Notes under the pieces: model-generated | The model's database searches: none | Told to the model about the DNA's origin: nothing | Seen by the model: only the letters and a program-made list of their open reading frames with translations | Assembly (NCBI GenBank): GCA_963803635.1 | Contig: CAWDNJ010000001.1 | Coordinates: 344,668-408,667 of the forward strand | DNA: 64,000 nucleotides | Origin: an uncultured Acidobacteriota bacterium | GTDB taxonomy: Bacteria > Acidobacteriota > Terriglobia > Acidiferrales > UBA7541 | Direction: 5' to 3' | Translations under genes and position numbers: made by a program | Shown: positions 45,072 through 54,043 of the stretch, in pieces | How positions within the stretch are numbered: position 1 is the first letter of the stretch | Layout: the number at the start of each line of letters is the position of its first letter

Positions 45072-46094
45072 CTACTTCCCTGCCCGCATCCGGGCGACTT
45101 CCTCGCGCAATTCGCGCAGCTCGCGCTGCATTTCCGGCAGCCGATTGAATACAGCCACCGATTTTCGCCACGCGCGATTGTCCATCGCGGGATACCCAGA
45201 ATAGACGGCGCCCGGCGGGACATCCGTCGGAACGCCGCTCTGTGCGCTGATCACGGCGCCGTCGCCAACGGTCAAATGCCCGGCGCATCCCACCCGCCCC
45301 GCGAGGATGCACTTGTTTCCGATGTTCGTTGTTCCCGCGAGGCCGACCTGGCCGCAGAGGAGCGTGTCCTCGCCGACCTTGCACGCGTGGCCGACTTGGA
45401 CGAGATTATCGATCTTCGTGCCGCGGCCGATGCGCGTCTCGCCGACCGTCGCGCGGTCGATGGCGCTCAGCGCCTGAATCTCGACATCGTCGCCGATCAC
45501 CGTGATCCCCGACTGGCGAATTTTGTGCCAACGCCCGTCCGCCTGGCGCGCGAAGCCGAAGCCGTCGCTGCCCACGACCACGCCGTTCTGCAGCAGGACG
45601 CGATCGCCGATCCGGCAGTCCTCGCGGACGCACGCGTGCGAATGCGCGAAGAAATGATCGCCGATGCGCGCGCCGCGGTAGATTGCGACAAAGCTGTGCA
45701 GCACCGCGTGCTCGCCGATCGTCACGTCCTCGCCCACATAACAATAAGGACCGATATGCGCGCTCACTCCGATTTTTGCCGACGCCGCGATCACCGCCGT
45801 CTCGTGGACGCCCGGCGCGTATTTCGGGGTGGGATGAAAAATCTCGATCGCCCGCGCGAAATCGAGGTACGGGTTCGCCGAACGCAGCGCCGCGATCCGC
45901 GGCCGCGGCTCGTCGCGGGCGATCACGATCGCCGCCGCGCGCGTCGTCTCGAGCGCCCCTTTGTACTTGCGGTTCACGAGAAACGTCAGCTCGCCCGGCG
46001 CGGCCTCTTCGATTCCCGCCACGCCCGTGATCTCCATACTCGCGTCGCCCTCGACCGCGCACCCCAGCTTCTCCGCCAGTTCTCCCAGCTTCAT
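45072..46094 (-). CDS. lpxD: UDP-3-O-acylglucosamine N-acyltransferase
   Basis: 340 aa. The N-terminus is MKLGELAEKLGC...GDASMEITGVAGIEEAAPGELTFL. Left-handed beta-helix hexapeptide repeats run throughout. Confidence 0.9.
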   Translation of the reverse strand: MKLGELAEKLGCAVEGDASMEITGVAGIEEAAPGELTFLVNRKYKGALETTRAAAIVIARDEPRPRIAALRSANPYLDFARAIEIFHPTPKYAPGVHETAVIAASAKIGVSAHIGPYCYVGEDVTIGEHAVLHSFVAIYRGARIGDHFFAHSHACVREDCRIGDRVLLQNGVVVGSDGFGFARQADGRWHKIRQSGITVIGDDVEIQALSAIDRATVGETRIGRGTKIDNLVQVGHACKVGEDTLLCGQVGLAGTTNIGNKCILAGRVGCAGHLTVGDGAVISAQSGVPTDVPPGAVYSGYPAMDNRAWRKSVAVFNRLPEMQRELRELREEVARMRAGK

Positions 46095-46237
46095 CGCCGT
46101 CTCCTCGGACTTGCGCTTCCCTCGCGGTGCAGCCTTAGCCTAGCAGGTGTGCAATCCAGCGCGGAAACTTAACAGCGGAAGCCTGAAACTGCAAAAGGAA
46201 AGCCTTCGGCGGGAGGTGACCTAATTCGTCGGCACTT

Positions 46238-46966
46238 CTACGCGCTTGAGGCCGCGCTGCGCGGAGCAGCATCCAGCAGAATCGCGGTGAGTTCTTCAGG
46301 CATGTCGAGCATCACGTCGTGGCCGCACGCCAGGCTGAGCGTTTTCCACCCTCTGGCCTTCGCGCGCTCATACGACGGCATAAATGGCGATTCGTCGTAG
46401 CCGGTCGCCAGGATGTAGGTCACGTCCTTCACCGCGTTTATTCCTCCGCTCAACCGCAGCGGCTGCTGGAAAGCTGCCAGCGGATGCATCGTGCACTGGC
46501 GGTCCACCCACTCGGCATCCTTCGCGTTCACGTTGAACGCGGCGGCGGGGATGTGCGGCACCTTCCACCCCTCGCCATCGAGTCTCGCGCCCTCCAGTTG
46601 CTTATCCCTCTGGTCGGGCGGCAGCTCGGCAAGCAAACTCTGGCCGTCCTCGAGAACGAACGCATCCAGATAGATCAGCGCGCCGATCCGATCGGGGACG
46701 CGGTCCGCGGCTCCGCTCACCACCGCGCCACCGTACGAGTGCCCGCAGAGCACCACGTTCGAAAGCTCCTCCCAGCGAATCAGGTTCACCACGTCGTCGA
46801 TGTGCGTTTCGAGGTTGACCTCGCGCGAAAGCAGGTGCGATCGCTCCCCGACGCCCGTCAGCGTCGGCGTGAACACGTCATGCCCCTGCGCCTGCAGCGC
46901 CTTCCGCACGCGCTTCCAGCACCAGCTGCCGTGCCACGCGCCGTGCACCAAAACGTACGTGCTCAT
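46238..46966 (-). CDS. Alpha/beta hydrolase (SABP2/methylesterase-like)
   Basis: ATG at 46966. Motifs are YVLVHGAWHGSWCWKRV, the nucleophile elbow GHSYGG, and the late LACGHDVMLD histidine. Confidence 0.8.
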   Translation of the reverse strand: MSTYVLVHGAWHGSWCWKRVRKALQAQGHDVFTPTLTGVGERSHLLSREVNLETHIDDVVNLIRWEELSNVVLCGHSYGGAVVSGAADRVPDRIGALIYLDAFVLEDGQSLLAELPPDQRDKQLEGARLDGEGWKVPHIPAAAFNVNAKDAEWVDRQCTMHPLAAFQQPLRLSGGINAVKDVTYILATGYDESPFMPSYERAKARGWKTLSLACGHDVMLDMPEELTAILLDAAPRSAASSA

Positions 46967-46994
46967 TGCCCGCCTCCGCCGCAAATCACCGGCA

Positions 46995-47423
46995 TCATGC
47001 CCCAACCGCGACGCTCGATGCGCCGCTTTTCTTGGCGTGCCTCGCGCGCAGCAAACCTCCGCACCAGGCCAAGGGAACGGTCAGCACGAGGGTCGCGATC
47101 CAATTGCGCATCGGCGCCACATTGGGCAGCGACACCATGGCCCACACCGTCAGTGCTTCCTGGACGACGCCCATCGCCACCGCATGCCAGATCGGAGACC
47201 GGCGTGCGATCCATGCCGTCACGTACCCGCCCGCCGCGATGCACGCACTCGTGTAGGCAAGCGAAAAAACAGCCGCCGCCAAATTGTGGCTGATCGCCGC
47301 CCGATTCGGCAGCGCGTGCGGAAACATCCGCATCAAGATCGGATCGGCGGCCGCCTCGATCGCGAACGAAGTCGCCGTCAGTGTCGCGATTCCGGCTATC
47401 ACCGCGAGGATGCTTCGCACCAT
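46995..47423 (-). CDS. Hypothetical 4-TM membrane protein
   Basis: I prefer the ATG at 47423 (MVRSILAVIAGIATLTATSFAI...). The longer ORF upstream of this point is Arg/Pro-rich and looks non-coding. Confidence 0.55.
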   Translation of the reverse strand: MVRSILAVIAGIATLTATSFAIEAAADPILMRMFPHALPNRAAISHNLAAAVFSLAYTSACIAAGGYVTAWIARRSPIWHAVAMGVVQEALTVWAMVSLPNVAPMRNWIATLVLTVPLAWCGGLLRARHAKKSGASSVAVGA

Positions 47424-47571
47424 GGCGCCGCAGTCTATCGAAGGCCGCGGCGCCTGTCCCGACATTTCTTGCGTCCGCGATGCCGGGGCGGGTTTTTGAC
47501 GGCCCTTGAAGATATTTCCCCGCCGTGCTCTGATGCGAGGACCGTCGGATCGCGGTCCGGGAGGAACAACG

Positions 47572-48120
47572 ATGAGCGAGCGAAGTAATCCATTCTTACG
47601 AGCTATTGGGCCCACGCGACGGCAGATGATCTCGGGAGTTGCCACTGCGTTTGGCAGCCTGGCGGCAGGCTCCGCAGCGTGGGGCAAGGCACAGCAGACC
47701 GTGATGGAGCCGCCCAGCACTGGTGCGGACAAGCTGCGCACATCGCTGCATCAAGAGATCGACTTGATGGCGAGTCCGCGCCGCATTTACGGCGCGCTGC
47801 TCGACGGGAAAACATTCGCCGCATTCTCCGGCGCCGCAGCTGTGATCGATCCGGCGCCTGGCGGCGCGTTCTCGATGTTCGAAGGCCAGATCACGGGCCG
47901 CAACGTCGAATTGGTTCCTGACGAGCGAATCGTGCAGGCGTGGCGTCCGGGCAGCTGGGCTCCCGGCGTGTATTCGATCGTGAAGTTCGAATTCAGGCCG
48001 CAGGGCTCGCAGACGAAAGTCATCCTCGATCACACCGGTTTCCCGCAAGGCAAATTTGCGGGCCTCGATTCGGGATGGTACGAACATTACTGGAATCCGC
48101 TGAAGAAATACTTCGCGTAG
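47572..48120 (+). CDS. SRPBCC (AHSA1-like) domain protein with Tat-like signal
   Basis: ATG at 47572 (GGGAGGAA upstream). RRQMISGVATAFGSLAAGSAAWG resembles a twin-arginine leader. The C-terminal part is GGAFSMFEGQITGRNVELVPDERIVQAWR...ILDHTGFP. Confidence 0.75.
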   Translation: MSERSNPFLRAIGPTRRQMISGVATAFGSLAAGSAAWGKAQQTVMEPPSTGADKLRTSLHQEIDLMASPRRIYGALLDGKTFAAFSGAAAVIDPAPGGAFSMFEGQITGRNVELVPDERIVQAWRPGSWAPGVYSIVKFEFRPQGSQTKVILDHTGFPQGKFAGLDSGWYEHYWNPLKKYFA

Positions 48121-48165
48121 AAGCTGGCACCACGCCGCGCGTTGCCGCAGACTCAAAGGACGAGA

Positions 48166-48735
48166 ATGGATAAGCAGCGCCTGGAAGCGTTCACTGACGG
48201 AGTGATCGCCGTCGTCATCACGATCATGGTCCTCGAACTGACCGTACCCAAAGCATCGAGCTTCTCCTCGCTGGCTTCCGTGGTCCCGGTATTCCTCGCC
48301 TACGTGCTCAGCTTTGCCAACGTCGGCATCTTCTGGAACAACCACCATCACATGCTGCACGCCACCGAGCGCATCAACGGCACGGTCCTGTGGGCGAATC
48401 TGCTCCTGCTCTTCTGGATTTCGCTGATTCCGTTCGTGATTCGCTGGATGGACGAAGCCCATTTCGCCGCCGCGCCGACCGCCTCCTACGGCATCGTCCT
48501 GGCCATGGCCTCGATCGCTTACCTTCTGCTCGAGCGATCCATCATCGCGTGCAATGGACCCGACTCGTGCCTGGCCCGCGCGGTGGGCAGCGACCTGAAA
48601 AGCCAGATGTCGCTTGTGATCTACCTGCTCGCGATTGCGCTGGCGTTCCTGCGGCCATGGATCGCAATGTCCCTCTATGTGGTGATCGCGTTGATCTGGT
48701 TCATCCCCGACCGCCGAATCGAATCGGCCGGGTAA
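48166..48735 (+). CDS. TMEM175 (DUF1211) family potassium channel
   Basis: ATG at 48166 (AAGGA upstream). It has the signature RLEAFTDGVIAVVITIMVLEL and 6 TM helices. Confidence 0.85.
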   Translation: MDKQRLEAFTDGVIAVVITIMVLELTVPKASSFSSLASVVPVFLAYVLSFANVGIFWNNHHHMLHATERINGTVLWANLLLLFWISLIPFVIRWMDEAHFAAAPTASYGIVLAMASIAYLLLERSIIACNGPDSCLARAVGSDLKSQMSLVIYLLAIALAFLRPWIAMSLYVVIALIWFIPDRRIESAG

Positions 48736-48764
48736 TGCCTCAGACATATTAGAATCGAAGGCTC

Positions 48765-49139
48765 ATGGACGAATCCGAAATTTATTCAGCGATTGGCGAG
48801 GAGGGTTTTGCGCGCCTCGTCGGGGCATTCTACCGGCAGGTCCCGCACGACGAAATTCTCGGCGCGATGTATCCGCGCGACGAGCTCGCCGCCGCCGAAT
48901 CGCGGCTCCGCGATTTCCTGATCTACCGCTTCGGCGGCCCGCAGCGTTACATCGAAGAGCGCGGACATCCCCGCCTGCGCGCGCGCCATATCCCGTTCCG
49001 CATCGACCAGGCCGCCCGCGACCGCTGGATGCAGCTCATGGCGAACGCCTTCGCCGAAGCCGCTCTGCCGCCCGAAGTCGAGCAGTTCCTTCGCGCCTTC
49101 TTCGATCAAATGTCCACCTTCATGATCAATCAGGCATAG
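48765..49139 (+). CDS. Truncated (2-on-2) globin family protein
   Basis: 124 aa. It has FYRQVPHDEILGAMYP, FGGPQRYIEERGHPRLRARHIPFRID and RDRWMQLM, which are YjbI/GlbO-like. Confidence 0.85.
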   Translation: MDESEIYSAIGEEGFARLVGAFYRQVPHDEILGAMYPRDELAAAESRLRDFLIYRFGGPQRYIEERGHPRLRARHIPFRIDQAARDRWMQLMANAFAEAALPPEVEQFLRAFFDQMSTFMINQA

Positions 49140-49232
49140 AATCCACCACGTCTCAGCGCGGTCTTGGGCGGCGAACCGACACAGGCGACATTTCTTGCCT
49201 TTTGCACGTGTTGAGGTTACAAACATGGGATC

Positions 49233-52200
49233 ATGAAGAGAACGCCCTCTTCTCTCCTTGTCTTCGCGCTTTGCCTTTTCTGTATTTCGCCCCTACGCGC
49301 GCAGACTCCCGCAAGCACCGCCTCAGCGAAAACGGACTACTCGCAGGAACCATATGTCATCCAGCAAATGTCGACAAAGATCAGCTTTCAGGATGACGGC
49401 GCTTCGACCCGCGAGCAGACCTCGATCATTCGCGTTCAGAACGACACCGGCGTCCAGCAATGGGGGCTGATTGAATTTCCGTTTCAGTCCGCCAATCAGA
49501 CGGTTGATGTCGACTACGTGCGCGTGCGCAAGCCTGATGGGAGCGTCGTCACCACGCCTCCGGACAACATGCAGGATCTGGATGCGGAAATCACGCGCGC
49601 CGCGCCCCTTTACAGCGATATTCGCGTGAAGCACATCGCCGTGAAGGGATTGAGCGCCGGCGACCTCCTCGAATTCCAGGTTCACTGGAATTCCACGAAG
49701 CCGCTCGTCGCAGGGCAGTTCTGGTTCGACTACAGCTTCACCCGGGAAGGCATCGCCCTCGACGAAAGCCTCGAAGTCAGCGTCCCGTCAGATCGTCCCG
49801 TCAAGGTGAAGGGCCCTCAGGCCACTCAAAAGATTGCCGAGGCGTCCGGCCGCCGCGTCTATACGTGGACGCATTCGAACTTGGACCCCAAGCCCCCGAA
49901 AAAGAAAGGCAGGGCGGCCCTTGACGCGGCTCTCGGCCTGAATCCTCCGCCGGATGTGCAGCTCAGCAGCTTCAAGAGTTGGGATGAGGTGGCGGATTGG
50001 TATTGGGATCTCCAGAAGGATAGGGTCGAACCCTCGCCTGCGGTTCGCGCGAAAGCCGCCGAACTCACCAAGGGCATGACGGACGACACAGCCAAGCTGC
50101 ACGCCATCTACGACTTCGTCAGCACCCACTATCGCTACATCGGCATCGACTTCGGCATCGGACGCTACCAGCCGCACTCCGCCGATGACGTTCTCTCGAA
50201 TAATTACGGCGACTGCAAGGACAAATACACGCTGCTCGCGTCTCTGCTTCAAGCGGTCGGAATCCCGGCGTACCCCGTCCTAATCAGCTCCACCCAGAAA
50301 CTCGATCCGGATATCCCCTCGCTCGCGCAGTTCGACCACGTCATCGCGTATGTCCCCCGAGGCAAGAGCGCCGTGTGGCTCGACACGACGCCCGAAATCA
50401 CTGCCTTCGGCTTCCTGCTGCAGCCGCTGCGCGACAAGCCGGCTCTCGTCATACATGCCGGGAAGCCGGCGCAGATCTTGAGCACTCCCGCTGATCCGCC
50501 CGAACCGGCACTGCATGTCTTTAAGCTCACCGGCAAGCTGAGCGACGACGGCACCCTGAACGCGCAGATCGACAACACCGATCACGACGATATCGAACCC
50601 GTCCTGCGCGCCGCCTTTCGGCGGGTCTCTCAGGCGCAGTGGCAGGAACTGGCTCAGGAAATTTCGCGGGGAATGAACTTTGCCGGCACCGTCAGCGACG
50701 TGACGGCCACACCGCCCGACGCAACGAACGTGCCCTTTCACTTCTCCTACAGCTATCTTCGCAAGGACTATCCGGATTGGGCGGATCGCCAGATCACCGT
50801 CCCAGGGCTGCCCTTCTACTTGCCAACCCAGGACGACGATGCAGCTCCTTCCGACCCGATTTTTCTCGGCTCGCCCCAAACCACCGAGTCCGACACTCGC
50901 GTGGAGTTGCCTCCAGGCTATCCACCGACGCTGCCGGCGAACGTCGATATCGTGAAGGACTACGCCGAATACCACGATTCGTACTCCCGCGACGGAGACA
51001 CGCTCGTCGTCCGGCGCGTCGTCATCAGCAAACTTCGCGAAGTTCCGCCGGGCGAGAACGCCGATTACAAGAAATTTGTCGACGACGTCAGGAAAGACGT
51101 CGACAGTTACGTCCAGATCGCCTCCACAAACATCGCGCCCATCGAATCCATGCGAGGGGCCGCCGACTACTTCCGCCTCTCCCTCCAACAGCTTCCCAAC
51201 AGCACCGTTCCCGAGGCGAACAAGTTCGAGGACGATTCCCTTTCGTCCGGCCGTGATTTCGACGCGACCGGAGCCATCTCCAATCTGAAGCAGGCCGTGG
51301 CGGCGGATCCTAAGTTCACGCGCGCATGGCTTCGCCTCGGGTCGCTTCAGGCGGGAATGCGCCAGACCGACGACGCCATCGCCTCATTCCGCAAAGCGAT
51401 CGCCTGCGACCCCAAGCGGCCGTTCCCCTACAAGGTGCTCGCCTTCACCCTGATGTCGATGAACCGGGAAGCCGATGCCATCCCCGTCTGGCAGGACCTG
51501 CTGAAAATCGTTCCGGACGATCGGGACGCCCCCCCGAATCTCGGCGCGCTCCTCACGGATCAAAAACTCTACGCCGAGGCGATTCCTCAGTTGCAAGCGG
51601 CGCTCAAGCTATATCCGAAGAACGCGATCGCTACGGCTGACCTCGCTCAAGCCTACATCCTTTCGGGCGATCTCGAAAAAGGGCACGCCGCCCTCCAGCA
51701 AGCCGTCGATCTCGGCGCCGGCGCGCTCGCCTACAACAACATCGCTTACTCTCTAGCCGAGTCGAAACAGGATCTTCCCGAAGCGCTCGATTACGCGCAG
51801 ACGGCCGTTCACCAGGAAGAAGTGGCGTCGCAAACAACGGACCTCAGCAAGCTCACGCCCGCCGACCTGGCACATCCGTCGACGCTGGCCGCCTACTGGG
51901 ACACGCTTGGCTGGGTCGATTTTCGTCTCGGCCATCTTGCCGACGCCGAGGACTACTTGAACGCTGCCTGGAAACTCACTCAGTCGGGCACCGGCGCCGA
52001 TCACCTTGCGCAAGTCTACGAGCAAGATCACAAAAAAGGGGACGCGGCCCGGATGTACCACTTCGCTCTCGAAACTACGGAACGCCGCGTGACCGGAAGC
52101 CGCGCGGATGCTATTCGCGCGCGCCTGAAAGTGCTCGACCCGGAAGGCGACTACTCCTCGATCCAGCTTCAGCACAGAACCTACACGCCCGGTGATCAGC

Positions 52201-52487
52201 TCACCAACGATCGCACCGTGAAGCTTGCGCGCATCGTTCCCGGAACGGTCCAGGCTGACTTCTTCCTGCTTTTCGGTCCTGGACCCAAGGTCGAGGACGC
52301 GGAGTTTGTCAGCGGATCCGACGAGCTCAAGCCCGCCATCGAGGTTCTCTCATCGACAACTTTTCAAGTGGTCTTCCCTAAAGGAAGCACTGCGCGAATT
52401 CTTCGCCGCGCGATGCTCATGTGCACCGAAGTGACCGGCTGCTCTGCCGTTCTCTACCCGCTCAACTCCGTCCGTTCCATCAATTAA
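49233..52487 (+). CDS. Secreted DUF3857-like + transglutaminase-like core + TPR + C-terminal domain protein (1084 aa)
   Basis: It has a signal peptide. The transglutaminase triad context is YGDCKDKYTLLASLLQAVGIPAYPVLI (Cys), FDHVIAYV (His) and VWLDTT (Asp). TPR-like repeats span residues ~690-900. Confidence 0.85.
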   Translation: MKRTPSSLLVFALCLFCISPLRAQTPASTASAKTDYSQEPYVIQQMSTKISFQDDGASTREQTSIIRVQNDTGVQQWGLIEFPFQSANQTVDVDYVRVRKPDGSVVTTPPDNMQDLDAEITRAAPLYSDIRVKHIAVKGLSAGDLLEFQVHWNSTKPLVAGQFWFDYSFTREGIALDESLEVSVPSDRPVKVKGPQATQKIAEASGRRVYTWTHSNLDPKPPKKKGRAALDAALGLNPPPDVQLSSFKSWDEVADWYWDLQKDRVEPSPAVRAKAAELTKGMTDDTAKLHAIYDFVSTHYRYIGIDFGIGRYQPHSADDVLSNNYGDCKDKYTLLASLLQAVGIPAYPVLISSTQKLDPDIPSLAQFDHVIAYVPRGKSAVWLDTTPEITAFGFLLQPLRDKPALVIHAGKPAQILSTPADPPEPALHVFKLTGKLSDDGTLNAQIDNTDHDDIEPVLRAAFRRVSQAQWQELAQEISRGMNFAGTVSDVTATPPDATNVPFHFSYSYLRKDYPDWADRQITVPGLPFYLPTQDDDAAPSDPIFLGSPQTTESDTRVELPPGYPPTLPANVDIVKDYAEYHDSYSRDGDTLVVRRVVISKLREVPPGENADYKKFVDDVRKDVDSYVQIASTNIAPIESMRGAADYFRLSLQQLPNSTVPEANKFEDDSLSSGRDFDATGAISNLKQAVAADPKFTRAWLRLGSLQAGMRQTDDAIASFRKAIACDPKRPFPYKVLAFTLMSMNREADAIPVWQDLLKIVPDDRDAPPNLGALLTDQKLYAEAIPQLQAALKLYPKNAIATADLAQAYILSGDLEKGHAALQQAVDLGAGALAYNNIAYSLAESKQDLPEALDYAQTAVHQEEVASQTTDLSKLTPADLAHPSTLAAYWDTLGWVDFRLGHLADAEDYLNAAWKLTQSGTGADHLAQVYEQDHKKGDAARMYHFALETTERRVTGSRADAIRARLKVLDPEGDYSSIQLQHRTYTPGDQLTNDRTVKLARIVPGTVQADFFLLFGPGPKVEDAEFVSGSDELKPAIEVLSSTTFQVVFPKGSTARILRRAMLMCTEVTGCSAVLYPLNSVRSIN

Positions 52488-52495
52488 CTTCCCGC

Positions 52496-52615
52496 GCCGT
52501 CATTCTGCTCGCCCTGACGAAGGAAGGAGCCGCACGTGCCGTCATTCTGCCTGCCCTAACGAAGGAAGGAGCCGCGCGTGCCGTCATTCTGAGCGAAGCG
52601 AAGAATCTCTCTTCG
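52496..52615 (+). repeat. Tandem array of REP family A: 42-bp unit x2 plus a variant terminal unit
   Basis: The units are 52496-52537 and 52538-52579 (gccgtcattctgcYYgccctRacgaaggaaggagccgcRcgt), then 52580-52615 (gccgtcattctgagcgaagcgaagaatctctcttcg). Confidence 0.9.
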
Positions 52616-52644
52616 TGTTTCGAATTTCGCTTTTCGTCCTTTGG

Positions 52645-53808
52645 CTACTTGCCGAGCAACTGGCGGGCGATCACCATGCGTTGAATTTCGCTGGTGCCTT
52701 CGCCGATGGTGCAGAGTTTTACGTCGCGGTAATACTTTTCGGCGGGATAATCCTTGATGAAGCCGTAGCCGCCGTGGATTTGGACGGCTTCGTTGGCCAC
52801 GCGCACGGCGACCTCTCCGGCATAAAGCTTCGCCATGCTCGATTCACGCGTGATGCGCGCGTCGTCGGCGCCCGACGCGATCGCCTGGTCGGCCATCCAC
52901 GCCGCGCGATATGTCAGCAGGCGCGCCGCATCGATCTGCGTCGCCATGTCCGCCAGCTTGAACTGGATCGCCTGAAATTCCGCGATCGCTTTGCCGAATT
53001 GCTTGCGCTCTTTCGCGTAGCGCACCGAGCATTCGTACGCGCCCTGCGCCATGCCCAGCCCGAGCGACGCTATCGAAATCCGTCCGCCATCCAGAATCTG
53101 CAGACTGTTGACGAAGCCGTCGCCCTCGCGTCCCAGCAAATTCCCCGCCGGCACGCGGCAGTCGGTGAACACCACTTCGCTCGTGTCGCTCGCGCGCAGC
53201 CCCAGCTTGTTTTCTTTCTTGCCCGGGCGAAATCCCGGCGTGCCCTTCTCGATCACAAATGCCGAAATGCCGCGCGACTTTTTCCCCGCGTCGGTCACCG
53301 CCATCGCCACGCACACGTCCGCGTAGTGCCCATTCGTTGTGAACGTTTTCGAGCCGTTGATCAACCAGCCGCCGTTTTTTCGCACAGCGACGGTGCGCGT
53401 CCCGCCCGCGTCCGAGCCTGCTTCAGGCTCCGTCAGCGACCAGCAGCCGAGCTTCTTCCCCTGCGCCAGCGGGACCACATATTTCTGCCGCTGCTCCTCG
53501 GTGCCGAATTTGAAAATGTGATTCGTGCAGAGCGAATTGTGCGCCGCCACAATGATGCCGACCGACCCATCCACGCGCGACAATTCCTCAATGATGATCG
53601 CGTATTCGACGTACCCCATCCCCGCGCCGCCGTATTTCTCGGGAAAGATCACGCCGAGCAATCCCATCTCGGCCAGCTTCGGAATGATTTCGGAGGGAAA
53701 CTTCGAGGCTTCGTCCCACTCCATCACGTGCGGCGCGATTTCGCCCTCGGCGAATTCGCGGACGGTGCGGCGAAGGTGCTGCTGCTCGTCGGTAAGCGAA
53801 AATTCCAC
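52645..53808 (-). CDS. Acyl-CoA dehydrogenase (short/medium-chain type)
   Basis: 387 aa. It has [45 protein letters not shown], and the catalytic Glu context. Confidence 0.92.
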   Translation of the reverse strand: MEFSLTDEQQHLRRTVREFAEGEIAPHVMEWDEASKFPSEIIPKLAEMGLLGVIFPEKYGGAGMGYVEYAIIIEELSRVDGSVGIIVAAHNSLCTNHIFKFGTEEQRQKYVVPLAQGKKLGCWSLTEPEAGSDAGGTRTVAVRKNGGWLINGSKTFTTNGHYADVCVAMAVTDAGKKSRGISAFVIEKGTPGFRPGKKENKLGLRASDTSEVVFTDCRVPAGNLLGREGDGFVNSLQILDGGRISIASLGLGMAQGAYECSVRYAKERKQFGKAIAEFQAIQFKLADMATQIDAARLLTYRAAWMADQAIASGADDARITRESSMAKLYAGEVAVRVANEAVQIHGGYGFIKDYPAEKYYRDVKLCTIGEGTSEIQRMVIARQLLGK

Positions 53809-53869
53809 GCTCCATTTATATCACGCGCGACGACCGCCGACGCTTCTCGTCCGCGGCCCTGACCCATCT

Positions 53870-53902
53870 CGTCATCCCGCCTGCCCTGACGCAGGAAGGG
53901 AG
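53870..53902 (+). repeat. REP family A copy (cgtcatcccgcctgccctgacgcaggaagggag)
   Basis: It matches the family A core and is followed by an inverted family C fragment at 53926-53950. Confidence 0.7.
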
Positions 53903-54043
53903 AAGGTGCCGCGTTTCTCGCCTTCCTAGCGGCCGCCTTTCAGGCGCGCGACTTGGAACAGTGCTCTGAGGCAAGGAGAGCAGCCGAGAGACTCAGATCG
54001 TTCCGTTTGCACGCGTGGGAAGGTACAATTACGGTCACATAAT

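Noticed and set aside
52496-52615. Possible CRISPR array (regularly spaced ~42-bp repeats).
   Set aside because: The units abut directly with no unique spacers. There are only about 3 units and no cas genes. The same sequence occurs as single dispersed copies, so it is a REP-type tandem.
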